Shown here: positions 1-9,247 of the stretch, in pieces
How positions within the stretch are numbered: the first letter of the stretch is position 1
Layout of the letters: each line of letters opens with the position of its first letter
Origin: an uncultured Candidatus Micrarchaeota archaeon
Lineage (GTDB): Archaea > Micrarchaeota > Micrarchaeia > Anstonellales > Bilamarchaeaceae
DNA: 64,000 nt
Direction of reading: 5' to 3'
Assembly (NCBI GenBank): GCA_963800555.1
Contig: CAWDBH010000008.1
Coordinates: 48,258-112,257, forward strand
The notes under the pieces: model-generated
What the model saw: only the letters and a program-made list of their open reading frames with translations
Databases searched by the model: none
Told to the model about the DNA's origin: nothing
Translations under genes and position numbers: made by a program

Positions 1-1087
1 TAAGTTTCCTCTCGCCATTCATTATGCGGTTCCCGGTGGTACCCTCAGCCTGGTACCCCACGAATATCATCGTGTTCCTGGGGTCTGACCCAAGCTTCTC
101 GAGATAGGACAGCACAGGACCTCCGCTCAGCATGCCGGATGTGGTTATTATTATGCATGGCTCCTTCAGCACGTCTTCTTTGGTCTTCGAGCGCGGATGA
201 TGAAAATTCGGACTGTTGAAAGGATCATCCTCGCTCATCAGTATGCGTCTCTTTATGTCGTCATTGGCATAAATGGCGTTGTGGCGGTATATCTTCATCG
301 CTTTGCCGATCATGCCGTCTATGAATATCTTCGTTGGATCCAGTGCGCCGGAACGCATGTGATCATCGAGCGCGAGGAGCACTTCCTGCGCCCGGCCCAC
401 CGCGAAGCTGGGTATGATCACATGGCCTCCTTTGTCCATGGTCTGTTTGATTATAGATATCATCTTGGAATAGCTCTCCTTGTAGCTCGGGGTTATGTCG
501 TTCCTGCCGCCGTATGTATTCTCCATTATAAGCGTCCCTGCGGAGAGCCCCCTCTCACACGGGTCGAGCACACGGGTTTTGCGCATGCAGATATCCCCGC
601 TGAAGAGGAGTTTGTGGCCGGAATGCTCGACCATGGTCATTGCGCTGCCCATTATATGTCCGGCTGTGTAGAACGCAGTCTTGAAGCCGCAATCCACGCT
701 TTCGCCGTACTGGATCATTTTCGCATCCTTCATGACGTCTTCGACATCCTTGGACGTGAACAGTTCTCTCTGCTCCTTGTCGCCTTGGCGTATCCTGTAA
801 TAATCCGACAGCAGGACTCCCATCAGATCCCTCGTGGGCTTGGTGAGGAAGACCCTAGGCCTCGCCTTCTTGGAATAGACATGAGGTAAGTATCCAGAGT
901 GGTCCAGATGGGCATGCGATATGGTGATATTCTGGACGCGCCGCAGCTCGTCATCGTGGAGCAGGGGATACTCCGTATCCTCGCCGAGCTTGATGCCGCA
1001 ATCGAGCATGAGGTTGTGCGCCCCTTCCTCGAGCAGCATGCACGCCCTTCCGACCTCCTGGGCCCCTCCGTAGAAGGTCACCCTCAT
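1..1087 (-). CDS. MBL-fold/beta-CASP ribonuclease (aCPSF-like), runs off the window start
   Basis: Not in the ORF track because it is open at the edge. Read manually from ATG at 1087: MRVTFYGGAQEVGRACMLLEEGAHNLMLDCGIKLG..., with SHAHLDH, AGHIMGSA and TTSGMLSGGP motifs. 4-bp ATGA overlap with the upstream gene. Confidence 0.9.
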   Translation of the reverse strand, partial: MRVTFYGGAQEVGRACMLLEEGAHNLMLDCGIKLGEDTEYPLLHDDELRRVQNITISHAHLDHSGYLPHVYSKKARPRVFLTKPTRDLMGVLLSDYYRIRQGDKEQRELFTSKDVEDVMKDAKMIQYGESVDCGFKTAFYTAGHIMGSAMTMVEHSGHKLLFSGDICMRKTRVLDPCERGLSAGTLIMENTYGGRNDITPSYKESYSKMISIIKQTMDKGGHVIIPSFAVGRAQEVLLALDDHMRSGALDPTKIFIDGMIGKAMKIYRHNAIYANDDIKRRILMSEDDPFNSPNFHHPRSKTKEDVLKEPCIIITTSGMLSGGPVLSYLEKLGSDPRNTMIFVGYQAEGTTGNRIMNGERKL

Positions 1088-1398
1088 ACCAATCCCAGCT
1101 TTATCTTGGCCTTCTGGCTCAGCCGGTCTATGGTCCAGAGGGGGTCGAATACGATGTTGATTTCGATATCCGCATCCTCGAAGACCTCGAGCTTCGCCTT
1201 CACGCCTTCGAGTATCTCATTGATCATCGGGCATGCTGGAGTAGTGAATGTCATCTTTATGAACACCTTCTGGAGCTTCCCCTTCTCCTTTTTCCTTACG
1301 TCGACGTCATATATAAGCCCAAGGTCGACGATGTTCATGCCCAGCTCAGGATCCGACACCTCGCTGAGCTTGGCCAATATCTTTTCCTTGCTCACCAT
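1084..1398 (-). CDS. DUF59 / SufT-PaaD-like metal-sulfur cluster assembly factor
   Basis: DPELGMNIVDLGLIY and MTFTTPACP motifs. Confidence 0.9.
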   Translation of the reverse strand: MVSKEKILAKLSEVSDPELGMNIVDLGLIYDVDVRKKEKGKLQKVFIKMTFTTPACPMINEILEGVKAKLEVFEDADIEINIVFDPLWTIDRLSQKAKIKLGLV

Positions 1399-1450
1399 GA
1401 AAGGATAATCGGGGAAAGGTTATTTAATTTTGGGCGCCATGCTTTTGAAT

Positions 1451-1843
1451 ATGAAAGAAATCGTGGTTGTTACGACTAATGACGTGGGCGCCCTGGCGAC
1501 TATAGCCGAGGCGATAGGCGGGCTCGGTGTCAATATCGAGGCGATATCTGCCTATGGCCTCAGTGGGAAAGCGGTGTTCAGAATCATTACCAATGATGTG
1601 ACTAGCGCGGTCAAGGCGATGTCCCGGATTCCCAACGTGGAAGTCCAGGAAGCCGAGACGATAGTATACCAGATGATGAACAGGCCAGGCGAACTCGGCA
1701 AGATAACTAGGAAGCTCGCGAACAGGGGAGTAAATATCGAGAGTCTCTATATCGTGAGCAAGAAGCAGGATTTCACAGAGGTGGCGATAAGACCGGTTGA
1801 GAAGGACATCGCCAAAGCCAAAGATGCGCTGGGCATGAAATGA
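1451..1843 (+). CDS. Tandem ACT-domain protein
   Basis: NDVGALATIAEAIGGLGVNIEAI and NRPGELGKITRKLANRGVNIESL ACT repeats. Confidence 0.85.
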   Translation: MKEIVVVTTNDVGALATIAEAIGGLGVNIEAISAYGLSGKAVFRIITNDVTSAVKAMSRIPNVEVQEAETIVYQMMNRPGELGKITRKLANRGVNIESLYIVSKKQDFTEVAIRPVEKDIAKAKDALGMK

Positions 1844-1856
1844 AATTAGAAAGATG

Positions 1857-2139
1857 AATATAAGAAAATAAAAATTTAGTTAGAGCTGATGGTCGCGAAA
1901 ACCGCGCTCCGCCCTCCTGAAGACAGAATCACAGTTAGCCCGTCTATTTTGCTAACGCCACCCGGCAGAAGCTGGTCTGTCGCAGGACCGTTGCCGCAGG
2001 CGAAGCTCAGATCATACATGCTGGCTCCTCCATCCGTGGCAACTATGCCCTTATACGTTATCGTCCAACTGCCGTATTGCAGCGGCTGATCAAGGTTCAT
2101 GTAGTCCTTGAATGTGGTGCTTGCCCCTTGGCATGCCGG
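1857..2139. repeat. Direct repeat copy 1 (~280 bp); copy 2 at ~4299-4580
   Basis: aatataagaaaataaaaatttagttagagctgatggtcgcg...ccttggcatgccg is present at both positions and includes the downstream non-coding DNA. Confidence 0.9.
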
Positions 2140-2715
2140 TCCTTCGCTTGCCGCATCTCCGACAACCGTTCCATCCACAGTTGTAGGTCCATCCTGGGAA
2201 ATTGGAACCGCACCATCGGTGATCGGTCCAGTTGAAGCAGGGCTAGTGTCTCCGACAACCGATCCATCAACAGGCCCGGTTACGGATCCATCAGCTGCTA
2301 CCGGCCCATCTGTGGTCGATACAGTTGCAGCATCAACGACGATTACAGGTCCAGTCGCAGTCATGCATACTGTCTTACCCGCAAGGGTTGTGCATTCTGC
2401 AGCATCCGTGGTAACGGATCCGTCTACGGACGGTTTAACAGTCGAAGAGTCAAGTGCACCACCATCTCCCTCAAATTCACTGACCTCTCCTTTTTCAGCA
2501 TCAGATTCCTCTCTGGCTTCGGAACCTCCATCCTTGGAAGGGACTTGTATAGTGGAAGTCGGACTACCAGCGCAGGCAACCGCGCCAAAGAGCGCACCTG
2601 TCAGAAGAGCGGCAGACAAGGTTTTTCGACCCGTAAAGGCATTCTGCCTTGCTTCCGTAACTGACCCATTAGTATCTTTCCCAACCTTAGTTATCTTTTC
2701 AAGGTTCAATTCCAT
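1876..2715 (-). CDS. Putative lipoprotein/surface protein, paralogue 1
   Basis: Hydrophobic stretch ending in Cys (GALFGAVAC), D/G/S/T-rich linker, C-terminal domain shared with the next two genes. Confidence 0.75.
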   Translation of the reverse strand: MELNLEKITKVGKDTNGSVTEARQNAFTGRKTLSAALLTGALFGAVACAGSPTSTIQVPSKDGGSEAREESDAEKGEVSEFEGDGGALDSSTVKPSVDGSVTTDAAECTTLAGKTVCMTATGPVIVVDAATVSTTDGPVAADGSVTGPVDGSVVGDTSPASTGPITDGAVPISQDGPTTVDGTVVGDAASEGPACQGASTTFKDYMNLDQPLQYGSWTITYKGIVATDGGASMYDLSFACGNGPATDQLLPGGVSKIDGLTVILSSGGRSAVFATISSN

Positions 2716-2827
2716 TGTGCAATCACCTTTGTTTGATTATGTGTTTAATATTATATTATGATGGCAAACATTTATAAATATTCATTTTTTACCATTTCTA
2801 ACTACCCATATATGAAAGAGAATAAAA

Positions 2828-4192
2828 TCAAGGGCAGGTCACATTGATGGTCGCGAAAACCGCGCTCCGGCCTCCTGAAGACAAGTCCAAGCTCATCAGT
2901 GCGTCTCCTAACGGGATGATGCTCACACCATCCGGGAGAATATGGTTTGTCGTCGCTCCGTTTTCGGATCCGACGCTTATATCATACGCACTTGCTCCTC
3001 CATCCGTGGCAACTATGCCCTTATACGTTATCGTCCAACTGCCGTATTGCAGCGGCTGATCAAGGTTCATGTAGTCCTTGTAAACTTCGGATGCGGTACA
3101 ACTTCCTCCTTCAGAAAGATCCGCGTCGATGGCCCCACCCGGAGATACGGCATCTGATCCTCCGTCTTGGCTTTGGATCTCATCTACCGTGATGGTCGCG
3201 AAAACCGCGCTCCGCCCTCCAGAGGACAAATCAATGGTTATGCCCTTTCCGACTGTATTCGGACCGCCGGTCAGAGTTGTGCTGGTTTTGGAGTTTCCGC
3301 ACGATACTTCTACTACATACATTGAAGCCCCTGCATCCGTGACTATCAAGCCCTTATACGTGAATGTCAAACCACCGACAGGCACCTGCTGATCGAGGTT
3401 CATTTCCCCTTTGAACACCCCTGCGCTTTGGCCATTGCAGATAATCGGTTGCGGGCTTGCATCCTCAGCCACTACTATATGTGAGTCGTGAGATGCTGCG
3501 GAATCAGTATGTCCAACCTCGCCGGAAGACTCCACTCCATCAGTGGCTTCCTTGCCATCGATTGTGAAATTCCCGCTTTTGGTATCACCACTTGCATCGT
3601 CTTTTGATTGGCTGTCGATTCCCGAAGCAGAATCCACTGAAGTAGTTCCGCCATCTTGATTCTGTCCGGTTGCGCTATCTGTTCCAGATTCAGAATTATT
3701 GGCCGGGGCATCTGCGACATTATTGGTTTGCCTGGCATTTCCATCCGTCGTGCTCGCGCCATCCACGCCACCGGTAGGTTGTCCTGCATCATCTTCTATT
3801 GCGCTGCCATCTGTTACTCCAACCGGAGTTCCAGAGTCATCTGTGACTCCCCCATCCGCTGTAGAGTTCCCGTCAATTGCCTGGTTAGAAGCTCCAGTGC
3901 CGCCATCGAATCCCGCGCCGCCATCGACTCCGGAACCGCTTTGGTTCGGCCCTGTTTCGATAGTTCCGGCTTCGTTGGATCCGCCAGATGTGCGGTTGGC
4001 GTCGGTGAGCGCAGCATCGCTCTGCGGTGCTCCTGGTATCGAAATAGGGTTATTGATATTTACCCCGTTGCTGCATCCAACCAACGCGGCTATGCCACTT
4101 ACAAGAAGATATCTGCCCAATCTCGGCTTATTTTCACAATTAGATCCGTTTCCTGTCTCCCCAGTCCTTTTACTAATGTGATTCAGTTCCAT
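2828..4192 (-). CDS. Putative lipoprotein/surface protein, paralogue 2, with two copies of the C-terminal domain
   Basis: IAALVGC lipobox-like motif, acidic low-complexity linker, two MNLDQ...LSSGGRSAVFATI repeats, GGGTGGG RBS-like motif before the ATG at 4192. Confidence 0.75.
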   Translation of the reverse strand: MELNHISKRTGETGNGSNCENKPRLGRYLLVSGIAALVGCSNGVNINNPISIPGAPQSDAALTDANRTSGGSNEAGTIETGPNQSGSGVDGGAGFDGGTGASNQAIDGNSTADGGVTDDSGTPVGVTDGSAIEDDAGQPTGGVDGASTTDGNARQTNNVADAPANNSESGTDSATGQNQDGGTTSVDSASGIDSQSKDDASGDTKSGNFTIDGKEATDGVESSGEVGHTDSAASHDSHIVVAEDASPQPIICNGQSAGVFKGEMNLDQQVPVGGLTFTYKGLIVTDAGASMYVVEVSCGNSKTSTTLTGGPNTVGKGITIDLSSGGRSAVFATITVDEIQSQDGGSDAVSPGGAIDADLSEGGSCTASEVYKDYMNLDQPLQYGSWTITYKGIVATDGGASAYDISVGSENGATTNHILPDGVSIIPLGDALMSLDLSSGGRSAVFATINVTCP

Positions 4193-4298
4193 TGTTATCC
4201 CACCCTTGTTAATATTATTGTATAATTGTGTTATAGAAGAAAACATTTTTAAACATTGGTATAAACATAAAGAAATCGCTCGACGATATATAATCGAT

Positions 4299-4580
4299 AA
4301 TATAAGAAAATAAAAATTTAGTTAGAGCTGATGGTCGCGAAAACCGCGCTCCGCCCTCCTGAAGACAGAATCACAGTTAGCCCGTCTATTTTGCTAACGC
4401 CACCCGGCAGAAGCTGGTCTGTCGCAGGACCGTTGCCGCAGGCGAAGCTCAGATCATACATGCTGGCTCCTCCATCCGTGGCAACTATGCCCTTATACGT
4501 TATCGTCCAACTGCCGTATTGCAGCGGCTGATCAAGGTTCATGTAGTCCTTGAATGTGGTGCTTGCCCCTTGGCATGCCG
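4299..4580. repeat. Direct repeat copy 2 (~280 bp)
   Basis: Matches 1857-2139 by eye. Confidence 0.9.
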
Positions 4581-5178
4581 ATCCTTCGCTATCGACAGCG
4601 TAAGCATCTATTGTTCCCCCTGCCTCTCCGATCTGTCCATCATTTGCCTTTGAGGATATATCCACCGCTGATGTATCGAGAGAGATTATCTGATCCGGGG
4701 CGACATCAACGCCTAGATTTTCAGCATCAACCGTCTTGACTGAAGCAAGATCGGGGGAGTTGGCTAAAGTGGTATCGGAGACGCTGCCAGGAACATCCGT
4801 TGCAGACCCATCTTGCGGATTGATACTTCCAACACCATTTGGTCTATCTTCCATTGCATCAATTCCGGCCACATTGACTTCTGTGCCGGAGCCGCCGTCG
4901 CTTTCTATTGCAGAACCGCTATCAGAGACTGCGTCGCCGTCGCTCGCGTTTCCATCGCTGCCTTTCGTTTCTTGACCAGAATCTTTCGTGGTCTTACCGC
5001 TATCTACTGCGGCATCCACAATCGGAATCGGGATGTTATCCTGAACCGCCTGATTAGAGCAGCCAAATGCCAGTGCGACGGCTGGTATTCCAAGCCATTT
5101 TGCCCATGGTTTTGCATGAGTCTTCTCATTCTCATGCGTTTTCGGACCTTTCTCAATCCGTTTCTCAGAAATTTCCAT
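4318..5178 (-). CDS. Putative lipoprotein/surface protein, paralogue 3
   Basis: ALAFGC lipobox-like motif; C-terminal ~86 aa identical to paralogue 1. Confidence 0.75.
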   Translation of the reverse strand: MEISEKRIEKGPKTHENEKTHAKPWAKWLGIPAVALAFGCSNQAVQDNIPIPIVDAAVDSGKTTKDSGQETKGSDGNASDGDAVSDSGSAIESDGGSGTEVNVAGIDAMEDRPNGVGSINPQDGSATDVPGSVSDTTLANSPDLASVKTVDAENLGVDVAPDQIISLDTSAVDISSKANDGQIGEAGGTIDAYAVDSEGSACQGASTTFKDYMNLDQPLQYGSWTITYKGIVATDGGASMYDLSFACGNGPATDQLLPGGVSKIDGLTVILSSGGRSAVFATISSN

Positions 5179-5258
5179 CAATACCCCACCCTTGTTAATA
5201 TTGCTATATAATTGTGTTCTAGAAGAAAACATTCTTAAACATTAGTATTAACAGCTAG

Positions 5259-5912
5259 CTAGAGGATGCGATACCCTTTCTCGTTTCCTACAATGATCAG
5301 ATCGAATTTGGTGAAAATGCCGTTCTCTATGATGCCAGGGATGTTTTTGAGCCAGTCCTCGGTTTTCTTCGGATCCTCGAGCCTCATCTGGCAGTCTATT
5401 ATGAAACTGCCGTTGTCGCTTATCACTGGGCCGAGCTTGGCCTTCGCCATCCTAATCTTAGGGTTGAATCTCTTCAACTGTTTAATCACCAGCGGAGCGG
5501 CAAAAGGCAGGACCTCCAGGTTCACCTCGCCTTCCAAGACATCCCCGCAAACCTTTCCCTCATCCACTATGACGATGAATTTTTTCGCGTTATAATCTAT
5601 TATCTTCTCCCTAGTCAGGGCACCACCACCGCCTTTCAGGAGCGCGGTCTTAGTCACAGTATCAGCCCCGTCTACGGCAAGGTCTATCTCATCTATGGCA
5701 TCGGTCTCTGTGACGAACAATCCGCTTTCGATAGCCAGCATCCTAGAATCGAATGACGTGGTGACGCATGTGATCTTGAGCCCCTTTTTGGCTTTCTTAC
5801 CAAGCAGGACGATGAACTCACGTACAGTGGAACCGCTCCCCAGGCCTATGCACATGCCGTCTTTGACATACTCTAGTGCCGCCTTGGCGGCGTTTATCTT
5901 GGAGAGGCTCAT
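5259..5912 (-). CDS. rpiA: Ribose-5-phosphate isomerase A
   Basis: IGLGSGST, AVDGAD and LLKGGGGALTREKI motifs. Confidence 0.97.
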   Translation of the reverse strand: MSLSKINAAKAALEYVKDGMCIGLGSGSTVREFIVLLGKKAKKGLKITCVTTSFDSRMLAIESGLFVTETDAIDEIDLAVDGADTVTKTALLKGGGGALTREKIIDYNAKKFIVIVDEGKVCGDVLEGEVNLEVLPFAAPLVIKQLKRFNPKIRMAKAKLGPVISDNGSFIIDCQMRLEDPKKTEDWLKNIPGIIENGIFTKFDLIIVGNEKGYRIL

Positions 5913-5915
5913 GGA

Positions 5916-6146
5916 TTATGCCTTTGAGAATGTGATGCCCTTGCCCCCTTCCTGCCTGAGCACTTCGAGGACGTTCCCTTTTGTATCAGCTATGGAGAGT
6001 TCGGTGAAATCCTCTCCGATGCGCATGGTTATTATGCGGGGGCGGTTGTCGAGAGTGACTTTCACGCTGTAGATCTTCTGCCTCTGGTTGTATGCATATT
6101 GCATAGTCGCGTTCTTGAAAAGGTCAGGTATCATGTCTTCACCCAA
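5916..6146 (-). CDS. Hypothetical protein
   Basis: Short ORF tightly coupled to rpiA and to the upstream ORF. Confidence 0.55.
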   Translation of the reverse strand: MGEDMIPDLFKNATMQYAYNQRQKIYSVKVTLDNRPRIITMRIGEDFTELSIADTKGNVLEVLRQEGGKGITFSKA

Positions 6147-6423
6147 AGCACTGCTTCATCTCGCTGCCGTTTAGGGCGCCTGTCGTGCCCTCTGTCTTAG
6201 CCTTATTATAGCACGCAGTGAAGAATTCTGTACAAAACCCCTGCAGCATCTTGCTTCGGGTATCCTCACCCACCTTCGGTGATTCTGCCCTGGATATCCT
6301 CACTTCCCGGAGTCTCGCCATCATATCAGCGACGCCCGGTGCAGTTTCCCTTGCCTGGGGTTGCTGGCGTAACGCCTCCTCCGGTTTCTTCATCATATTG
6401 TCCTCAGCCATAATCATCAGCAT
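6139..6423 (-). CDS. Hypothetical protein
   Basis: ORF overlapping the next gene in operon-like fashion; start uncertain. Confidence 0.5.
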   Translation of the reverse strand: MLMIMAEDNMMKKPEEALRQQPQARETAPGVADMMARLREVRISRAESPKVGEDTRSKMLQGFCTEFFTACYNKAKTEGTTGALNGSEMKQCFG

Positions 6424-6454
6424 TAAATTATGCTTTCCTGAATTTATAAAGATT

Positions 6455-7162
6455 ATGACCGATGCGCTTTATCTGAAAGATAGCTATCTGAGGGAATGCG
6501 AAGCGAAAGTGGAATCTATTACAGGGAAAGAGATCGTCTTGGATCGGACCACATTCTATCCGAGGGGTGGGGGCCAGCCGGGCGATATGGGGAAATTGAT
6601 CTCTGCATCCGAGTTTCGAGTCCTGAACACGCTGAAGAAAGACGGCAATATCATCCACGAGCTTGAGTCCGAGGCCGGACTAGCAGTTGGAGATTCCGTG
6701 CGATGCGTGCTCGATTGGGATAGACGATACAAGCTCATGCGGATGCACACGGCTGCGCATGTGCTAGGCTCGATGATGTTCAACGAGCTGGGCGCCAAGA
6801 TCACCGGCAACCAGCTAGAAGTGGATAAAACAAGGTTCGATTTCAACCTAGAAGAGTTCGACCGCGTGAAGTTCGATGCCGCTGTTGCGAAGGCCAATGA
6901 GGCTTTATCCAAATCCGTGGAATTGAGTATCTATTCCCTTCCACGTGAGGAAGCGATGAAAATCCCCGGAGTCGTGAAGCTGGCCGGTGCGCTTCCCCCT
7001 TCGATCAGCGAGCTCCGCATAGTGGAGATACCTGGCGTGGACATACAAGCGGACGGAGGGACCCACGTTCATAACCTATCCGAGGTCGGAAGGATCGAAA
7101 TCATGAAACTTGAGAACAAAGGCAAAGAAAACCGAAGGATTTATTTTACTTTAATGCCATAA
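6455..7162 (+). CDS. alaX: Alanyl-tRNA editing protein AlaX-M
   Basis: LYLKDSYLRE, FYPRGGGQPGD, MRMHTAAH and DGGTHV motifs. Confidence 0.93.
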   Translation: MTDALYLKDSYLRECEAKVESITGKEIVLDRTTFYPRGGGQPGDMGKLISASEFRVLNTLKKDGNIIHELESEAGLAVGDSVRCVLDWDRRYKLMRMHTAAHVLGSMMFNELGAKITGNQLEVDKTRFDFNLEEFDRVKFDAAVAKANEALSKSVELSIYSLPREEAMKIPGVVKLAGALPPSISELRIVEIPGVDIQADGGTHVHNLSEVGRIEIMKLENKGKENRRIYFTLMP

Positions 7163-7178
7163 ACATATTGGGGATGCC

Positions 7179-7670
7179 ATGAACAACAACACAATCGTAT
7201 GCGCTCTTTTCGTTATCCTGACGGTAATCATAGCGGCAGGTTCGTTCTATTTTGTTTTATCATATGCGACGAGCTTACTGAACGCTATCGTCGCTTTCGT
7301 TTCTTCGAACGACATGTCAGCGCTGGCGAAATGCGGCATGACAATTCCTACTGAGTTCGTCAGGCTCAGAACAGACCTTGCCACCCTTATACTCCCGTTC
7401 CTATATATCGGCATACCCGCGATACTCATCGTGGTGGGCATCCTGATGTTCGCCGGGGGATTTTATTACCACAAATCCAAATCAGAGGATGAGCAAGCGA
7501 AGAAGGATCAGATGGAGCGCGAGATGGTCCACCGGCTCGTGAAGAAGCTCGATGCGGGGAAACCGCAGGATGCTGTGGAGATGCAAGGCTCCGATACACC
7601 CCCCATGGAAGAAGTGACTCCAGTGGAGGAGCCGATGCCCAAACCTGCGCCTCAGAAGAAGAGGAAATAG
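7179..7670 (+). CDS. Hypothetical membrane protein (2 TM)
   Basis: Two hydrophobic segments and a charged, Pro-rich tail. Confidence 0.7.
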   Translation: MNNNTIVCALFVILTVIIAAGSFYFVLSYATSLLNAIVAFVSSNDMSALAKCGMTIPTEFVRLRTDLATLILPFLYIGIPAILIVVGILMFAGGFYYHKSKSEDEQAKKDQMEREMVHRLVKKLDAGKPQDAVEMQGSDTPPMEEVTPVEEPMPKPAPQKKRK

Positions 7671-7731
7671 GTATTCGCTGCGGAAATGAACCTCCGCAAT
7701 CTTATTATTTTTCCGTATAGTTGATTTAATC

Positions 7732-8583
7732 ATGGAAAAAAAGGCGATTGTGAAGGAATATCTAAATCTTATTCCCACAAAAGAAATCTCCTCAGAATAT
7801 GATTTACCTGTAAGCGAAGTAAAAGCCATCTTGAAAAGTTCCATGCCGTTTTCGAAATATATTCATACGTCACGCCTTATTGGAGCCAAGATGGTCAAAC
7901 GACTGCTGCAGAACCCAATCTATAGAGAAAAATATATCCGTAAAATGAAACGCTCAGTTAGTGATTCTATACTAAGACGAATGAGCGAAACCCGTTTTAG
8001 AGAAACCTGGAAAAAGAAAGCCAAATCTGGTTCGTTGAGGGGGAATGCTCGGATTTCAGAGCTTATGTCAGATTCTTCATTCTCTTCGTCGTGGTCTGCA
8101 AAGTGTTCGCTTGGTGGCCATGCAACTGCCGAGCACCAGAGAGGGATTTTCGATCCAACCCTGCATGAGGCAAGAAAATTATGGTCTCAAAAAGGCTTAA
8201 GACGGACTTCACGAAAGTATACCGGTCCCAAAAGAGAAAATATGTATAATTACCTTGAAACCAGAGTCGCGAAAATATTGATAGATGCTGGATTGAGCTA
8301 CTTATATGAAAAGCATTTTGATTCAGATACGAAAAATGGCTTCTTCAGCATCGATTTTATTGTAGAATCGTTAGACCTTGCAATAGAAGCAACCTACTGG
8401 GATAAAGTTGCAGATAAATGCTCGATTTTAAAGTCAAAATTCAAGCAATTGAAACGCCTCAACCCATCGTTTAGATTTGTGGTTGTTGCAAAAACTTCCC
8501 TCGCTGATAAGTATAAAAAGTCGTTGCCCTCTAATATCGTTGTTCTAACTCCCACAGAATTAGAACAAATGATAATGGGATGA
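7732..8583 (+). CDS. Homing-endonuclease-like protein with a C-terminal PD-(D/E)XK/DUF559-like domain
   Basis: AT-rich; basic N-terminal half; LETRVAKIL...YLYEKHF...SIDF...LAIEATYWD nuclease-like motif. Confidence 0.6.
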   Translation: MEKKAIVKEYLNLIPTKEISSEYDLPVSEVKAILKSSMPFSKYIHTSRLIGAKMVKRLLQNPIYREKYIRKMKRSVSDSILRRMSETRFRETWKKKAKSGSLRGNARISELMSDSSFSSSWSAKCSLGGHATAEHQRGIFDPTLHEARKLWSQKGLRRTSRKYTGPKRENMYNYLETRVAKILIDAGLSYLYEKHFDSDTKNGFFSIDFIVESLDLAIEATYWDKVADKCSILKSKFKQLKRLNPSFRFVVVAKTSLADKYKKSLPSNIVVLTPTELEQMIMG

Positions 8584-8595
8584 ATCTCCAGGCAT

Positions 8596-8701
8596 AGCGG
8601 GGTAACAGAATCTAATGATTTAGATTCTGCCCTATGGGAAGCTTGGAGTTCCCGCTGGGCTCATAACCCAGAGATCGGTGGTTCAAATCCACTCCCCGCT
8701 A
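8596..8701 (+). tRNA. Initiator tRNA-Met(CAT) with a 31-nt intron at 8605-8635 (position 9/10)
   Basis: AGCGGGG/CCCCGCT acceptor (A1-U72), GGGA/TCCC D stem, CTGGG-CTCATAA-CCCAG anticodon arm with three G-C pairs. The insert forms a 10-bp hairpin plus a 4-bp helix flanked by TA|A and AT|G junctions. Confidence 0.9.
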
Positions 8702-8719
8702 TTTTTTTCTTACTCTTTC

Positions 8720-9247
8720 TCAGGCAATCGTTCCGAGCGTGTAAGCTCCGAGCATGGCCAGCAGTATGTATCTCAGCACCCGCCCAGCGGCGCAGGCAAT
8801 CAAGAACTGCCACCAGGGGATATGCAACGCACCTGACGCGATGCCTGCCACATCGAAAAGCGGATTCGGGATGAAAGCGAGGACGAATATAGCGAGCAGC
8901 CCGTATTCTTTGACGAGCGCTTGGATGTCCTTGGTCTCCTTTATCTTGCTGTTGAGGAGGTCCCTGGCTCCTTCCCCCGCCATATACCCAGTCAGCTCTC
9001 CCAAGGCAGAACCGATCCCGGCCATGAGGCCGAGCAAATATGGGTTCAGGTACCTGCCCATCATCACTATGATCGCCCAGCCTGGGGCCGGAAGCAATAT
9101 AGTCGCCGAACTCAGGGCGCTTATCACGAAAGCCCCGATATATCCGTATCTCCTAAACTCAGCGATATGGTTTGAGAAATAAAGGGCAAGTGCTACGATG
9201 GCTATAGTCAGAATTATGAAAAATGCGCCCTCTACCCTCTTATCCAT
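8720..9247 (-). CDS. VTT/DedA-family membrane protein
   Basis: GSALGELTGYMAG, FIPNPLFDVAGIASG and GRVLRY motifs. Confidence 0.9.
   Translation of the reverse strand: MDKRVEGAFFIILTIAIVALALYFSNHIAEFRRYGYIGAFVISALSSATILLPAPGWAIIVMMGRYLNPYLLGLMAGIGSALGELTGYMAGEGARDLLNSKIKETKDIQALVKEYGLLAIFVLAFIPNPLFDVAGIASGALHIPWWQFLIACAAGRVLRYILLAMLGAYTLGTIA

Noticed and set aside
197..1408. Plus-strand ORFs 197-889 and 899-1408, and the many other antisense ORFs in the track
   Set aside because: They are shadows of well-supported opposite-strand genes in GC-rich coding DNA.
1857..4580. Diversity-generating retroelement (TR/VR pair) explanation for the lipoprotein repeats
   Set aside because: Copies 1 and 3 look identical, the differences in gene 2 are block-like rather than adenine-specific, and there is no free-standing reverse transcriptase in the window.
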